From Candidatus Iainarchaeum sp. (GTDB lineage: Archaea; Iainarchaeota; Iainarchaeia; Iainarchaeales; DTGL01), in the NCBI GenBank assembly GCA_038895395.1, contig JAWANJ010000002.1, positions 1 through 61,598 on the forward strand: DNA of 61,598 bases, given 5' to 3'. Positions 10,901 to 19,752 of this stretch are shown in pieces. The translations under genes and the position numbers were made by a program. The notes beneath the pieces are model-generated. The model worked only from the letters and a program-made list of their open reading frames with translations. It was not told where the DNA came from and ran no database searches. Each line of letters starts with the position of its first letter. Positions within the stretch are counted from its first letter, which is position 1.

Positions 10901-11702
10901 TTATATGATACTGAAGTAGGTCCCACAAGTCTTCTATTATCAGTTGAGGTGCTCCAGCTTCAATGTTTTCGCGTAGTCGATCATTTATCCTTATTATTTC
11001 TGCAAGCTTGTGTGTAAGATCATCTTCAGATTTAAGTCCGCTTTCTAGTGTTATTGATGGTCTTATGTTGATGGGAGGTACTGGTAACACAGTAAGAACA
11101 AACCACTCAGGCCTTACATTTTCTGGATTTAAACCAAAATATTTAAGATCCTCGTTTCTTACTTTTTCAAGCCACTCTCTTATTTCTGTTGGGTATATCC
11201 TTTTAAGTGGATTTACATCAAAGAAGAAATTTGTTGGTTTGTCCACAGTTATTTTTATTCTGGCTGCACCGCAATGCGGACACTTTGAAACCTTTTTCGC
11301 TTTAGCCTTGATTTTTTTATATCTCTCTTCCCAATTTTTGAATTCTTTTTCCAAACTTTCAAGAACATCATCAGTTAGAAGCATCCGGCCACACTTGTTA
11401 CAAGTAACTTCAAGTATCTCTTCTATTTTTTTGGCAAATTTCACATGTATAACTGGCCTCACAAGTTCAAGAGAACCGAAATGTCCTGGGCAGTGCTTCA
11501 TTGTTTGGCCACATGTTTTACATCTTAAACCGGGATTTATTACACCTAAATGTGGATCCATTAGGCCTTCTTCCATCGGGTAACCGTCTTTATCATACGT
11601 TTCAGCAGTTTTGATCTCTATAGCACTCATTTTTCTTATAATTTCTGGGCTAAGAACCTTGAAATCAATAGAACCAATCTTTTTGTAGAGCATCATAACC
11701 AC
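7914..11702 (-). CDS. rpoA: DNA-directed RNA polymerase subunit A, with A' and A'' encoded as one continuous 1262-aa ORF
   Basis: Zn-ribbon CKTCGQTMKHCPGHFG. Catalytic YNADFDGDEMNLH. The A''-type segment AAQSMGEPGTQLTLRTKHYAG lies downstream in the same frame. The expected A'/A'' junction (around nt 9050-9110) has no stop and no restart. Confidence 0.95.
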   Translation of the reverse strand: MVMMLYKKIGSIDFKVLSPEIIRKMSAIEIKTAETYDKDGYPMEEGLMDPHLGVINPGLRCKTCGQTMKHCPGHFGSLELVRPVIHVKFAKKIEEILEVTCNKCGRMLLTDDVLESLEKEFKNWEERYKKIKAKAKKVSKCPHCGAARIKITVDKPTNFFFDVNPLKRIYPTEIREWLEKVRNEDLKYFGLNPENVRPEWFVLTVLPVPPINIRPSITLESGLKSEDDLTHKLAEIIRINDRLRENIEAGAPQLIIEDLWDLLQYHITTYFDNQTAGVSPTKHRSGRPLQALSDRLKGKKGRFRYNLTGKRVNFAARSTITPDPYLSMNEVGVSEELAEELTVQETVTSWNISNIKALIEEGKVVSVTRPDGVRKRVIEENKQEIMKEIDVGYTVERTLQNGDIIIFNRQPSLHRISMMGHYARIVPGKTLRMNPVICKPYNADFDGDEMNLHVPQTPEGQAEARELMLAEKHIISPRHGGPIIVPEEDGISGGFILTLDNTEFEAEKAYQYFYEMGLTEIPKPDRGDKYSGKLIFSQLLPKDLNLHYKSRVCEIMSRVHSSYKCKGDDCPYCVTIKDGVLEKGVIDQNSVGEIRGALVDTLARKYPPHVIREFYDKFSRIYADIITTKGMSVGLKEYEISNRVKQEISDTIKECIQKGDQIVKKYKEKTLPLIPGRNFEESFELYMMKVASEAKQKIEALILKEKVEELLENPRYNSIVMIVSGSRGGSINLVNISGFWGQASVREGRPKRGYLDRVLSLEKEGDHGIKARGFITQNFLNGMDAEEYFFHSIGGRQGEVDTGVSTKVSGYLYRRLANSLKDLLVEYDGTVRTSSKQIVQFVYGDDRVFPKNTRLGKAVNVEEIVSEILKSGKQEKTTKAELSIDKVREKYAPEKGDLPDKIWNEILENIVEKKLNEEASKELIAKVKEEYERAIVEPCEAVGIIAAQSMGEPGTQLTLRTKHYAGAAEVSVGSGIQRIEEVVDGRSKTKYSSMTIYLNEEIRGSKKKAEEFARDIIEVKVQDIAKVKENLEKEIAEIELVDEWVQERNLDKDSILQKIKESVKKGKAFKRENKVIISFEGQKLSYLKIRSEILKLMKKRLQGIPGIEKTIVVEDKGEYIIKTLGTNLKAVLKRPEVDPYRTTTNDIVEIAKVLGIEASRSAIANELQRVLKENNIKVDPRHMLLIADMLTYTGEIRGTVRTGVMRFKTSPFARAAFEETVKHLFDAALYGETEPLKGIVENIIVGIPIRVGSGKVELVMKE

Positions 11703-11708
11703 CTAAAG

Positions 11709-13535
11709 TCATGCTTTGTTTACCAGATTTAACTTTGGATAAATACCAAGAGCTTTCAATTCATCAAGCATAAGCTTAAACGCATAACTCATTTCTACAG
11801 CATAAACCTTCGAATTCTTACATATCGGGCAATATTTCTTGTTTCTAATACGATCATTCACGGCTATTATACCACATTTTTCGCAAACATATTCAGTTAC
11901 CTTGTCAGAATCTTCCACTATCTTCTCTTGAAGCAACATACTTGCCCCATGTCCAATTAGAGTTTCTCCCTCCATTTCACCAAATCTTAGGCCACCTTCC
12001 TTTTCTTTACCTTCGGTTGGCTGTCTTGTGAGTATCTGCACAGGTCCTCTTGACCTTGCTTGCATCTTATGAGCTACAAGATGGTATAGTCGCCTATATG
12101 CAATCACACCAGTAAATATCCTACCTTCAATTCTTTCTCCACTTATGCCATCATAAAAGGTTTCCATTCCACTTGGGCTTAGGCCATTTTCTATCAGTAT
12201 TTTTTCTATTTCGTCTTGTTCTATATCATTGAAAGGTGTTCCGTCCATTATTTCAGCCTTCATACACCCAGCTTTACCTGCAAGCATCTCAAGCAGGTGT
12301 CCAATAGTCATCCTGCTTGGTATTGAGTGTGGATTTAGTATCAAGTCTGGTTTTATGCCTTGTGGTGTAAAAGGCATATCCTCTTCAGGAACTATGGCTC
12401 CAACAACACCTTTTTGACCATGCCTAGAAGCAAATTTGTCTCCAACCTCGGGGATTCTTTCTGATCGGACTTTTACCTTTGCCAGTATATCTCCTTGTGG
12501 ACCTTCAGTGAGAAATACGCTGTCAACGTAGCCACTCATATTTTTTCTTATACCAACAGAGGCTTCTCTGCGACGTTCTTTAACAACACCAAACTCTGCA
12601 ATTTCTTCTAAGAACCTCGGTGGTGATGTCTTACCAATTACAACTTGTTTTTCCCCAACAAACGCCTCTACTTCTGCTAAACCGTCTTCACCAAGAGCCT
12701 TATATGCCTCAGCACCCTGATATCCAACAATATCCTCGGTCGGTATTTCGAATTTATCTCTTTGACCGCCAGGATAACGCGTTTGAGTTGATTCATAGGT
12801 TCTAAAATAGGATGATCTACCTAAACATCTGTCAATAGCACCTTTGTTTATCACAACCGCATCCAACATGTTAAATCCATAGTATGGCATTATAGCAACC
12901 ACAAAGTTTTGTACCTGTGGTCTTTCACTTACCTTCAAAAGGTCCATAATTCTCGTTTTCACTATGGCTTTTTGAGGATAATGCAAAAGGAAACCTTCAG
13001 TATCTGTTCTGATCTTTATATTAGCCTGTCCAAAGCCTATTGCTTGTTTAAACATCTTTGCACCATGCAAAGCTTTTCCACTTAAGTTATGGCTTACAAA
13101 TGGGATCATACCGGTTATTATACTAAGGATACCAACAGGGTTTATTTCAAGGTGTGTATGCTCTGGTGTCAAATCTTCAATCTTCTCTGCAACTAAAGCA
13201 TTTTGTTCTTCTTCAGCGTCCAGATACTCTATTACTCCTTCCTTTACAAGGTCTTCCCATTTTAGTATGCCTTTCTTAACTTTTTCGATATGTTCTTCAG
13301 TGAGCTTTGGTTTTCCATTTTCAACAACAATTAGAGGTCTTTGAACTCGGCCAGCATCACTGCTTATGGTGATCTCATTAGTATACTTATTGTATGAAAA
13401 GTTTACACCTGGTGATATGATTCCACTTCGTCTTGCCTTTAAAAGCTCTTTAATGAGTTTTTCAGGTTCTTGGTGAAAGCCAATTAGTTTTCCATTAATA
13501 TAAACCTTTGTTCTCATGTCTACCATAAAAATCAT
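11709..13535 (-). CDS. rpoB1: DNA-directed RNA polymerase subunit B' (C-terminal half of B)
   Basis: GDKFASRHGQKGV and LRFGEMEGE motifs. C-terminal Zn motif CEKCG...CPICK. 608 aa. Confidence 0.95.
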   Translation of the reverse strand: MIFMVDMRTKVYINGKLIGFHQEPEKLIKELLKARRSGIISPGVNFSYNKYTNEITISSDAGRVQRPLIVVENGKPKLTEEHIEKVKKGILKWEDLVKEGVIEYLDAEEEQNALVAEKIEDLTPEHTHLEINPVGILSIITGMIPFVSHNLSGKALHGAKMFKQAIGFGQANIKIRTDTEGFLLHYPQKAIVKTRIMDLLKVSERPQVQNFVVAIMPYYGFNMLDAVVINKGAIDRCLGRSSYFRTYESTQTRYPGGQRDKFEIPTEDIVGYQGAEAYKALGEDGLAEVEAFVGEKQVVIGKTSPPRFLEEIAEFGVVKERRREASVGIRKNMSGYVDSVFLTEGPQGDILAKVKVRSERIPEVGDKFASRHGQKGVVGAIVPEEDMPFTPQGIKPDLILNPHSIPSRMTIGHLLEMLAGKAGCMKAEIMDGTPFNDIEQDEIEKILIENGLSPSGMETFYDGISGERIEGRIFTGVIAYRRLYHLVAHKMQARSRGPVQILTRQPTEGKEKEGGLRFGEMEGETLIGHGASMLLQEKIVEDSDKVTEYVCEKCGIIAVNDRIRNKKYCPICKNSKVYAVEMSYAFKLMLDELKALGIYPKLNLVNKA

Positions 13536-13540
13536 CTCTC

Positions 13541-15016
13541 TTAGAGCTTAACCCCCATTTCTTTTAGCAACTTTTCAATTGTTTGCGTTTCTTCATCAGT
13601 TGTAACATTAACTAAAAGAGCAAGGTTCTTTACAAGACCACATTGTGGGCCATCGGGTGTTTCAATAGGGCAAAATCTTCCCCAATGCGTACCATGAACA
13701 TCTCGAGCTTCATAAAGCTCTCTATTTTTGTTTAGAGGGCTTTTTACCTTTCTTATGTCAGTGAGAGGGCTCAAATAATTTACTCTATCCATAAATTTAC
13801 TTACGCCCGTGGTTCTACCAATCCAGTTACCAGTTGCCATGGCAAATCTAATCCTTTCAGTTATCGCATCTGGTCTGACAATAGTATTTATGTTAAGTTT
13901 TCTCCTTCTGGTAACAGTACGATCAATCTGGAATTTAAGGTCTTTAACAAAGTACTTAAATGCGTATCTAAACAAATGCTCCATAAGTTTTCCTGATAAC
14001 TCAAGACGTTTGTTGGCATAGTGGTCTTTGTCGTCTTCCAAGCGCAAATTATAAGCGCTTTCAATTGCTTTTGAAGCCATCATTCCTAGATAAAATGCTT
14101 TTGCCAGCCTATCTGCTTTGCTTTGCCCAATGTGAGGCAACAAAAAGCCATCTATGACCTCTTGTGCTCTTCTGAGCCTATAGTCCAATATTTGTCCAGG
14201 TGCAACGCTTTTTCCAATTTTGTCAAGTGCCTCTTTTTCATCCATTTTTTCTGTGTTTTCCCAATTGAGCAAAATATCATTTTCAACTTCTTGCTCTCCA
14301 AAGGTAAAAACAGACTTAATCTCTTTAAATGTATCAAGCCCTAATGCCTTAAGCAAGGTAAAAAGTTTTAGTTTTTTTGGAGAGCTTGGAAAAGTTACGT
14401 AAAGCATTCCATTAGCCTTTCTAGTTATTCTAACACGCCCCTTAAAAGCACCACTGGTGCTTATTACTTCGACAGTAACATCCCCAGCAGCTGTTTTTTC
14501 AGATACCATAACCCTATCAGAGCAAAGTACTTCCTGTGTCATAAGCGCCTTTTCAGAACCATTTATTATAAAGTAACCTCCAAAATCATACGGATCCTCA
14601 CCAGCTTCTATTAGCTCTTCCTCGCTTTTTCCATAAAGCCAGCATTTTTTGGACTTGAGAAGTATGGGCAAATCACCTATATAAACAGTTCTAGAGTCTT
14701 GTTCTATATCACGCCTAAAAAGCTTCATTTCAACATAAATTGGCCCAGCATAAGTCATATTTCTTAAACGTGCTTCCATTGGTAAAAACTCGCCCCTTGG
14801 TGATCCATCAGCTTCAATTATTCTTGGTTTGAGAACCTGAATGTTGCCAAGTTCTACGCGCACTTCTTCAATTTTTGGTACTATTACTTGATTTTCTTTT
14901 ACTATTTCATCTAACTTTTCATCTACAAACTGGTTAAAACTTTGGATTTCTAATTCAGCTATGCTTTTATTCCTAAAATAGGCTTCTATGAGAGGCCAAG
15001 TATCCATACGGCTCAC
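13541..15016 (-). CDS. rpoB2: DNA-directed RNA polymerase subunit B'' (N-terminal half of B)
   Basis: 491 aa. N-terminal RNAP B/Rpb2-like segments (QSFNQFV, GGYFIINGSEK, CPIETPDGPQCGLVKNLAL). A separate ORF 5 nt upstream of B'. Confidence 0.95.
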   Translation of the reverse strand: MSRMDTWPLIEAYFRNKSIAELEIQSFNQFVDEKLDEIVKENQVIVPKIEEVRVELGNIQVLKPRIIEADGSPRGEFLPMEARLRNMTYAGPIYVEMKLFRRDIEQDSRTVYIGDLPILLKSKKCWLYGKSEEELIEAGEDPYDFGGYFIINGSEKALMTQEVLCSDRVMVSEKTAAGDVTVEVISTSGAFKGRVRITRKANGMLYVTFPSSPKKLKLFTLLKALGLDTFKEIKSVFTFGEQEVENDILLNWENTEKMDEKEALDKIGKSVAPGQILDYRLRRAQEVIDGFLLPHIGQSKADRLAKAFYLGMMASKAIESAYNLRLEDDKDHYANKRLELSGKLMEHLFRYAFKYFVKDLKFQIDRTVTRRRKLNINTIVRPDAITERIRFAMATGNWIGRTTGVSKFMDRVNYLSPLTDIRKVKSPLNKNRELYEARDVHGTHWGRFCPIETPDGPQCGLVKNLALLVNVTTDEETQTIEKLLKEMGVKL

Positions 15017-15028
15017 CAGGACAATAAA

Positions 15029-15286
15029 CTATCTTACTACCCTATAATAGTAACTTTTGCCAGCTATGGGCGAATCACGCTCTATTTCAATTATATCCCC
15101 TATTTTGGCCTTTAGCTTCTTAACCATTGGATCTGAAAGAAGTATCGTAGGTAGCTCATCCTTAGTTGCATGAAATTTCTTTAAAATTTCTTCTTCTCTT
15201 TCTTTTGGTACAATTGAATGCTTTGGCACAAGAAAATGTCTTTTCTCTTCCACAATATCGCCCAAATTTTCAGAATTTTTTACCAA
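15029..15286 (-). CDS. rpoH: DNA-directed RNA polymerase subunit H (Rpb5-like)
   Basis: HFLVPKHSIV...ELPTILLSDPMVKKLKAKIGDIIEIER is typical RpoH. It is the first gene of the rpo cluster. The apparent start is TTG. Confidence 0.9.
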   Translation of the reverse strand: MVKNSENLGDIVEEKRHFLVPKHSIVPKEREEEILKKFHATKDELPTILLSDPMVKKLKAKIGDIIEIERDSPIAGKSYYYRVVR

Positions 15287-15447
15287 AAATCGGCCAAACC
15301 CACAGCTAACAAAAACACTTTTTTTGTTCTAAAATTTTATATTGAGAAAGCATTTTAAATATTATCTCATACACGCAACCAACACCAAATGTCAGAATCT
15401 AAGGTCATTTAACAATATTTAATATTTTTCACAACTTTTTCTGAAGC

Positions 15448-15690
15448 TCACTTCTTAAAGCGGTTTTCTCTGCGTTCCTTTTCCCAAACCTCTTTGAACT
15501 CCGCTAAGTCCTGGTCGTCAAAGCCCAGCGATCTAAGTTTCTCTTCATGATCTTCAAATGTCATATTCTCATAATTCTTTCTCCAAATTTTCATTTCTTC
15601 TGTGTCAGGAAGAGGCCTACCTTCTCTCAGTCTTCCAATAGCCATGCAAAATAAAAAAAGCAAAAAGTTATTAAAAATTATCTCAAGCAA
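15448..15690 (-). CDS. hypothetical small protein
   Basis: 80-aa ORF downstream of cdc48. The charged C-terminal part looks protein-like. The real start may be the internal Met (MAIGRL, nt 15642). No family recognised. Confidence 0.35.
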   Translation of the reverse strand: MLEIIFNNFLLFLFCMAIGRLREGRPLPDTEEMKIWRKNYENMTFEDHEEKLRSLGFDDQDLAEFKEVWEKERRENRFKK

Positions 15691-15713
15691 GTTGTTTTAA
15701 GTTGTTTTTTTAC

Positions 15714-17891
15714 TTATGTTGCACCCTTTTGGAATTGATTTTCCGTTGCAGATCCTTTTGACTCCTTTATCTTTGCCAGTGCACTTTTGAAGTGCTCCTT
15801 TTTGACTATGATGTCCTGCTGATTTTTTTGTACAGCCTCTCTTATGGCTTCCATTCCGGCCTCTCGGCATACTGCTGCGATGTCAGCACCACTGAATTCT
15901 TCAGTTTCTGCTGCAAGTTCTTTTATGGAAACATCCTTTGCTAAAGGCATGTTTCTGGTGTGGACTTTAAATATTTCAATCCTTTCTTTTTCATTGGGCA
16001 TGGGTATCTCAATATGTACATCTATACGTCCCGGCCTTAATAGAGCCTTGTCAATCAGATCAGGTCTGTTAGTTGCTGCAATAACAACAACCTTTTCAAG
16101 TTCTTCAATGCCATCAAGCTCTGTGAGAAGTTGGTTTATCACACGTTCAGTTGCATCAGTCATGCTCGCGCCTCTCACTTGACTTATTGCATCAAATTCA
16201 TCAAAGAATATAATGGATGGTGCAACTTGCCTTGCTTTTTTAAATATCTTTCTAACGTTGCGCTCGCTTTCTCCAACCCACTTACTTATTAGCTCAGGCC
16301 CTTTTATTGCAATGAAGTTTGCCTCGCTTTCAGTGGCCACTGCCTTAGCTAACAATGTTTTTCCACAACCCGGAGGTCCATAAAGCAGTATTCCTTTTGC
16401 TGGTTTTATGCCAGCCTTCTTAAATAGGTCTGGTTTCTTAAGTGGCCATTCGATTATCTCTCGTAACCTGTTTTTTACACTTTCAAGCCCACCTATGTCA
16501 CTCCATTTTACGTTTGGTTTCTGTATCATGACCTCGCGCATAGCACTTGGCTCTATTTTCTTATATGCTTCAATAAAATCGCGCATTTTCACCTCCATTT
16601 TTTCTAAAATTTCAGTTGGTACGCGCTCCTCATATTTCTTAAGCTCAGGAATGTATTTTCTCAAAGCTTTCATTGCAGCTTCTTTACACAGTATTTCTAG
16701 GTCAGCACCCGTATATCCTATAGTGATTTCAGCAAGCTTTTCTAGGTCAACATCTTTAGCAAGAGGCATACCCCTAGTGTGAATCTGTAGTATTTCTTTT
16801 CTAGCCTTTTGATCAGGTACATTAATTGCGATTTCTCTATCAAATCTTCCAGGCCTACGCAGTGCTTCATCTATAGCATCTGGTCTGTTAGTTGCAGCTA
16901 TTACAACAACATTGCCCCTTGATTTTAAACCATCCATCAATGTAAGCAACTGTGCAACTACGCGCCTTTCAACTTCTCCAGTAACTTCTTCCCTTTTTGG
17001 TGCAATCGCATCAATCTCATCAATGAATATTATGCTTGGTGCGTTCTTTTCTGCTTCTTCAAATATATCTCTTAGGCGTTTTTCACTTTCTCCGTACCAT
17101 TTGCTCATTACTTCAGGTCCATTTATTGCGTAAAAGTTTGCTTCGCTTTCATTTGCAACTGCTTTCGCTAGCAGAGTTTTTCCACATCCGGGGGGCCCAG
17201 TTAAAAGCACACCTTTTGGTGCACTTATTCCTAGGCGCTCAAAAACTTCAGGGTGTTTCATTGGCAATTCAACCATTTCTCTAATCATTGATATCTCTTC
17301 CTTAAGTCCACCTATGTTTTCATAAGTTATGGCTGGTATTTTCATAGCTTCAGCTTTAACCCTTTTTTCAGATACAATTAGTTTTGTGTTTGGAGTTATC
17401 TTTGCAAATCCTTTGGGCTGTAAATTGGTGACTATGTAGTGAAGGGTTGTGCCCATCACATCTATGGCTAACATCGCGTTTTTCATTACAGCTCTTTCTA
17501 AAAGCTTCTCATGAAAGTAATGTGTTGGGTTTCCAGAAAAACGAACTTCTTCTAATGGTGCAATTGTTACACTTTTAGCCTCCTCTAATTCAACTTTTTT
17601 TACTATGACTTTATCACCTACGGAGACCTTTGCATTGCGCCTCAATACATTATCCATTCTTATTATTTCTTTTTCCTCAGCGTCGTTGTGTGATCTCCAA
17701 ACAATGGCCAGCGCATCTTCATTACCTTTAATTAGTATTGCATCACCCGCTACTAATCCAAGCGAATTCATAGCAGTAGTGCTAAGCCTAGCAATACCAC
17801 GGCCAACATCCATCTTGTATGCTTCTCCAACTATGAGTTCCAATTCATTGCTTTTATCTTGGCTTTTTTCTTTTTTAACCATAGGCATCAC
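15714..17891 (-). CDS. cdc48: CDC48/VCP-type AAA+ ATPase (two AAA domains)
   Basis: N-domain DVGRGIARL. Two Walker A motifs GPPGCGKT(L) with IIFIDEIDA / IIFFDEFDA Walker B. 725 aa. Confidence 0.95.
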   Translation of the reverse strand: MMPMVKKEKSQDKSNELELIVGEAYKMDVGRGIARLSTTAMNSLGLVAGDAILIKGNEDALAIVWRSHNDAEEKEIIRMDNVLRRNAKVSVGDKVIVKKVELEEAKSVTIAPLEEVRFSGNPTHYFHEKLLERAVMKNAMLAIDVMGTTLHYIVTNLQPKGFAKITPNTKLIVSEKRVKAEAMKIPAITYENIGGLKEEISMIREMVELPMKHPEVFERLGISAPKGVLLTGPPGCGKTLLAKAVANESEANFYAINGPEVMSKWYGESEKRLRDIFEEAEKNAPSIIFIDEIDAIAPKREEVTGEVERRVVAQLLTLMDGLKSRGNVVVIAATNRPDAIDEALRRPGRFDREIAINVPDQKARKEILQIHTRGMPLAKDVDLEKLAEITIGYTGADLEILCKEAAMKALRKYIPELKKYEERVPTEILEKMEVKMRDFIEAYKKIEPSAMREVMIQKPNVKWSDIGGLESVKNRLREIIEWPLKKPDLFKKAGIKPAKGILLYGPPGCGKTLLAKAVATESEANFIAIKGPELISKWVGESERNVRKIFKKARQVAPSIIFFDEFDAISQVRGASMTDATERVINQLLTELDGIEELEKVVVIAATNRPDLIDKALLRPGRIDVHIEIPMPNEKERIEIFKVHTRNMPLAKDVSIKELAAETEEFSGADIAAVCREAGMEAIREAVQKNQQDIIVKKEHFKSALAKIKESKGSATENQFQKGAT

Positions 17892-17892
17892 C

Positions 17893-18273
17893 TTATCTTA
17901 CTTCAATTCTTTGCCTTTCTCCATTGGCTTTCTCAAAAATTAGCTCTAAGACCCCGTTTTTGAATGTTTTGCTTATTGGTTTTTCTTTAACCCAATAGGG
18001 TAGCCTTATCGTTTTGTAGTAACCTTCCTGTACATCAGAAGAGCCTTTTCTTCTATAAGACCTTATGAGGAGTCTGTTGCCTGAAATCTGCAATTCAATA
18101 TCTTTCTCTTCTACACCAGGCAGCTCAACTGTAACAAATATTTTTCCGTTTTCTTCCCAAACATCATATGTAAGCTGATAATTACTTATCTCCACATCCT
18201 CTTGTGGCTCACGGCTTCCAAAAAACCATCTTTCAAAATCATCGAAAAAGTCATCATCAAACATTTGCACCAC
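17893..18273 (-). CDS. hsp20: small heat-shock protein (Hsp20/alpha-crystallin)
   Basis: Alpha-crystallin pattern: [17 protein letters not shown]...[10 protein letters not shown]. Stops 1 nt before the cdc48 start. Confidence 0.85.
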   Translation of the reverse strand: MVQMFDDDFFDDFERWFFGSREPQEDVEISNYQLTYDVWEENGKIFVTVELPGVEEKDIELQISGNRLLIRSYRRKGSSDVQEGYYKTIRLPYWVKEKPISKTFKNGVLELIFEKANGERQRIEVR

Positions 18274-18324
18274 CTACAAAAAGTAAAACATAAAAAAATG
18301 TAAAAAGGGATGCATCGGAAGGCA

Positions 18325-18756
18325 TCACTTGATTTCAATGATTCTTTTCGATGGGTGCTTCTCTTTGCTTTTTGGTACTTTGATTTCCAGTATTCCATTT
18401 TCGTATTTTGCGTCGGCTTTTTCTAGCTCTGCGTTTTCTGGCAGAGTTATGAACCTGTAAAACCCTGTATAGTTACGCTCTATTCTGTAAAAGTTCTTTG
18501 ATTTCTCTTCGTATTTTTCTTTTCTTTTTGCAGTTATCTCTAGACCATTGTCAACTATGTTTATGTTTATATCCTGCTTTTGCACCCCAGGAATTTCAAT
18601 GCTCAAGTGATATGCGTCATCGGTTTCCCACATGTCCACTGGCGGCTGTCTAACGCTTCTTGTTTCTGCAGGTAAGTCTTCAAATTCAAAGTCATACAAG
18701 CCAGAGAGCATTCTGCGCATTTCCTCAAAAGGATCAAAAAACCTCCTTATGCGCAT
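18325..18756 (-). CDS. hsp20: small heat-shock protein (Hsp20/alpha-crystallin)
   Basis: PPVDMWETDDAYHLSIEIPGVQKQDINI...YENGILEIKVPK is a classical alpha-crystallin domain. GGAGGTGA Shine-Dalgarno motif upstream. Confidence 0.9.
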   Translation of the reverse strand: MRIRRFFDPFEEMRRMLSGLYDFEFEDLPAETRSVRQPPVDMWETDDAYHLSIEIPGVQKQDININIVDNGLEITAKRKEKYEEKSKNFYRIERNYTGFYRFITLPENAELEKADAKYENGILEIKVPKSKEKHPSKRIIEIK

Positions 18757-18769
18757 AATCTCACCTCCT

Positions 18770-18804
18770 TTTGTCCAAGTTTTTTATTTTTTTGTCCAAG
18801 TTTT
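18770..18804. promoter_or_regulatory. two direct copies of TTTGTCCAAGTTTT, 21 bp apart, between a TATA-like element and the hsp20 start (candidate operator)
   Basis: Read directly: 18770-18783 and 18791-18804. On the hsp20 strand the layout is TTAAATAT ... AAAACTTGGACAAA x2 ... GGAGGTGA ... ATG. Confidence 0.5.
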
Positions 18805-18846
18805 GCTGAACATATTTAATGTTTAATAGACAAACAGTTTAAAAAG

Positions 18847-18860
18847 GTTTCGCACGAAAC
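18847..18860. promoter_or_regulatory. perfect inverted repeat GTTTCG-CA-CGAAAC immediately upstream of the wHTH regulator gene (candidate autoregulatory site)
   Basis: Read directly. It lies between a TTTAAAAAG TATA-like element and the ATG at 18868. Confidence 0.4.
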
Positions 18861-18867
18861 GTATCAT

Positions 18868-19263
18868 ATGTCTAGCGCATCTTTTACCATACGTTTAAGG
18901 CGTGTTGAAAGGCTAACTGATGCAGATTTTGACAAAGCCATAGAATATCTTTGTAAAGCACTTTGCTTAGAGGCTTATGACACAGATACTGCAAAGCAGA
19001 TACTGCTGGAGCTAATAAAAGAAAAAAAGGGCCTAAGCTCAACAGAACTAGCTGAACGCATAAATAAGTCCAGGGGTGCAACAATAAACCAGCTTAATCG
19101 TCTAATGGCAACAGGCCTAATTATAAAGGATCGCAGACGCTATCGTTTGCGTGCAAGTACACTTTTTAACACCTTTATTGAGATGCGTGATGACATAGAG
19201 CGCATAATGAATAATATGCTTGAAATAGCGCGTTTACTAGATAAGCTTACTGAACTTGAATAG
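18868..19263 (+). CDS. winged-helix transcriptional regulator (candidate heat-shock regulator)
   Basis: 131 aa. HTH-like LSSTELAERINKSRGATINQLNRLMATGLIIKD..RYRL. Divergent from the hsp20-hsp20-cdc48 unit. Confidence 0.6.
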   Translation: MSSASFTIRLRRVERLTDADFDKAIEYLCKALCLEAYDTDTAKQILLELIKEKKGLSSTELAERINKSRGATINQLNRLMATGLIIKDRRRYRLRASTLFNTFIEMRDDIERIMNNMLEIARLLDKLTELE

Positions 19264-19282
19264 GCTAGTTATTTAAAAACAT

Positions 19283-19681
19283 TTATTCCACAATGTCAAC
19301 AAATTGAAGCCTTATCTTAAGTCCTTCGGTAGCTCTTGCTTTTGTTAGAGTTGCGCTAACTGGTTTTCCCGCAATTTTAGCAACAATATGCAAGTTCCCA
19401 TAAAGCTGGTCTTGATTTTTTCCCTTCAGCTCATATTTTCCATAAGTCTTTAAAACCTCAAGATTTTTTAATTCATCAAAAACATATTTTGAGCCACTCA
19501 TGTAGTTTATAGAAGCATTGGACAGCTTTCCCTCTATTGCCTTCACATGCGCCTCCTTTATGTTGTTTTGTATCATGCCAAGTCGTATGCACTCAAAAAT
19601 ATCTTCACCTTCGGAAAGCTCAAGTATGAGCTCCTTCTTAATTCCTTTTCCAGTAAAAAGCTGTGAACTCGACATTGTCAT
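19283..19681 (-). CDS. PPC/DUF296-like protein (tentative)
   Basis: 132 aa. The pattern L.L..GEDI.ECI......I..A.V..I.G.L..A ... LH.. resembles PPC (DUF296) domains. By-eye call only. Confidence 0.45.
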   Translation of the reverse strand: MTMSSSQLFTGKGIKKELILELSEGEDIFECIRLGMIQNNIKEAHVKAIEGKLSNASINYMSGSKYVFDELKNLEVLKTYGKYELKGKNQDQLYGNLHIVAKIAGKPVSATLTKARATEGLKIRLQFVDIVE

Positions 19682-19752
19682 GTCTCCACCTTAAAAAATT
19701 GCTTATTAGCAAGAACTATTTAAAAAAAGAACTTTTTCCCAGCGTTGCAGGG

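Noticed and set aside
18186-18398. 70-aa ORF bridging the two hsp20 genes
   Set aside because: It is out of frame with, and overlaps, both clearly homologous Hsp20 ORFs.
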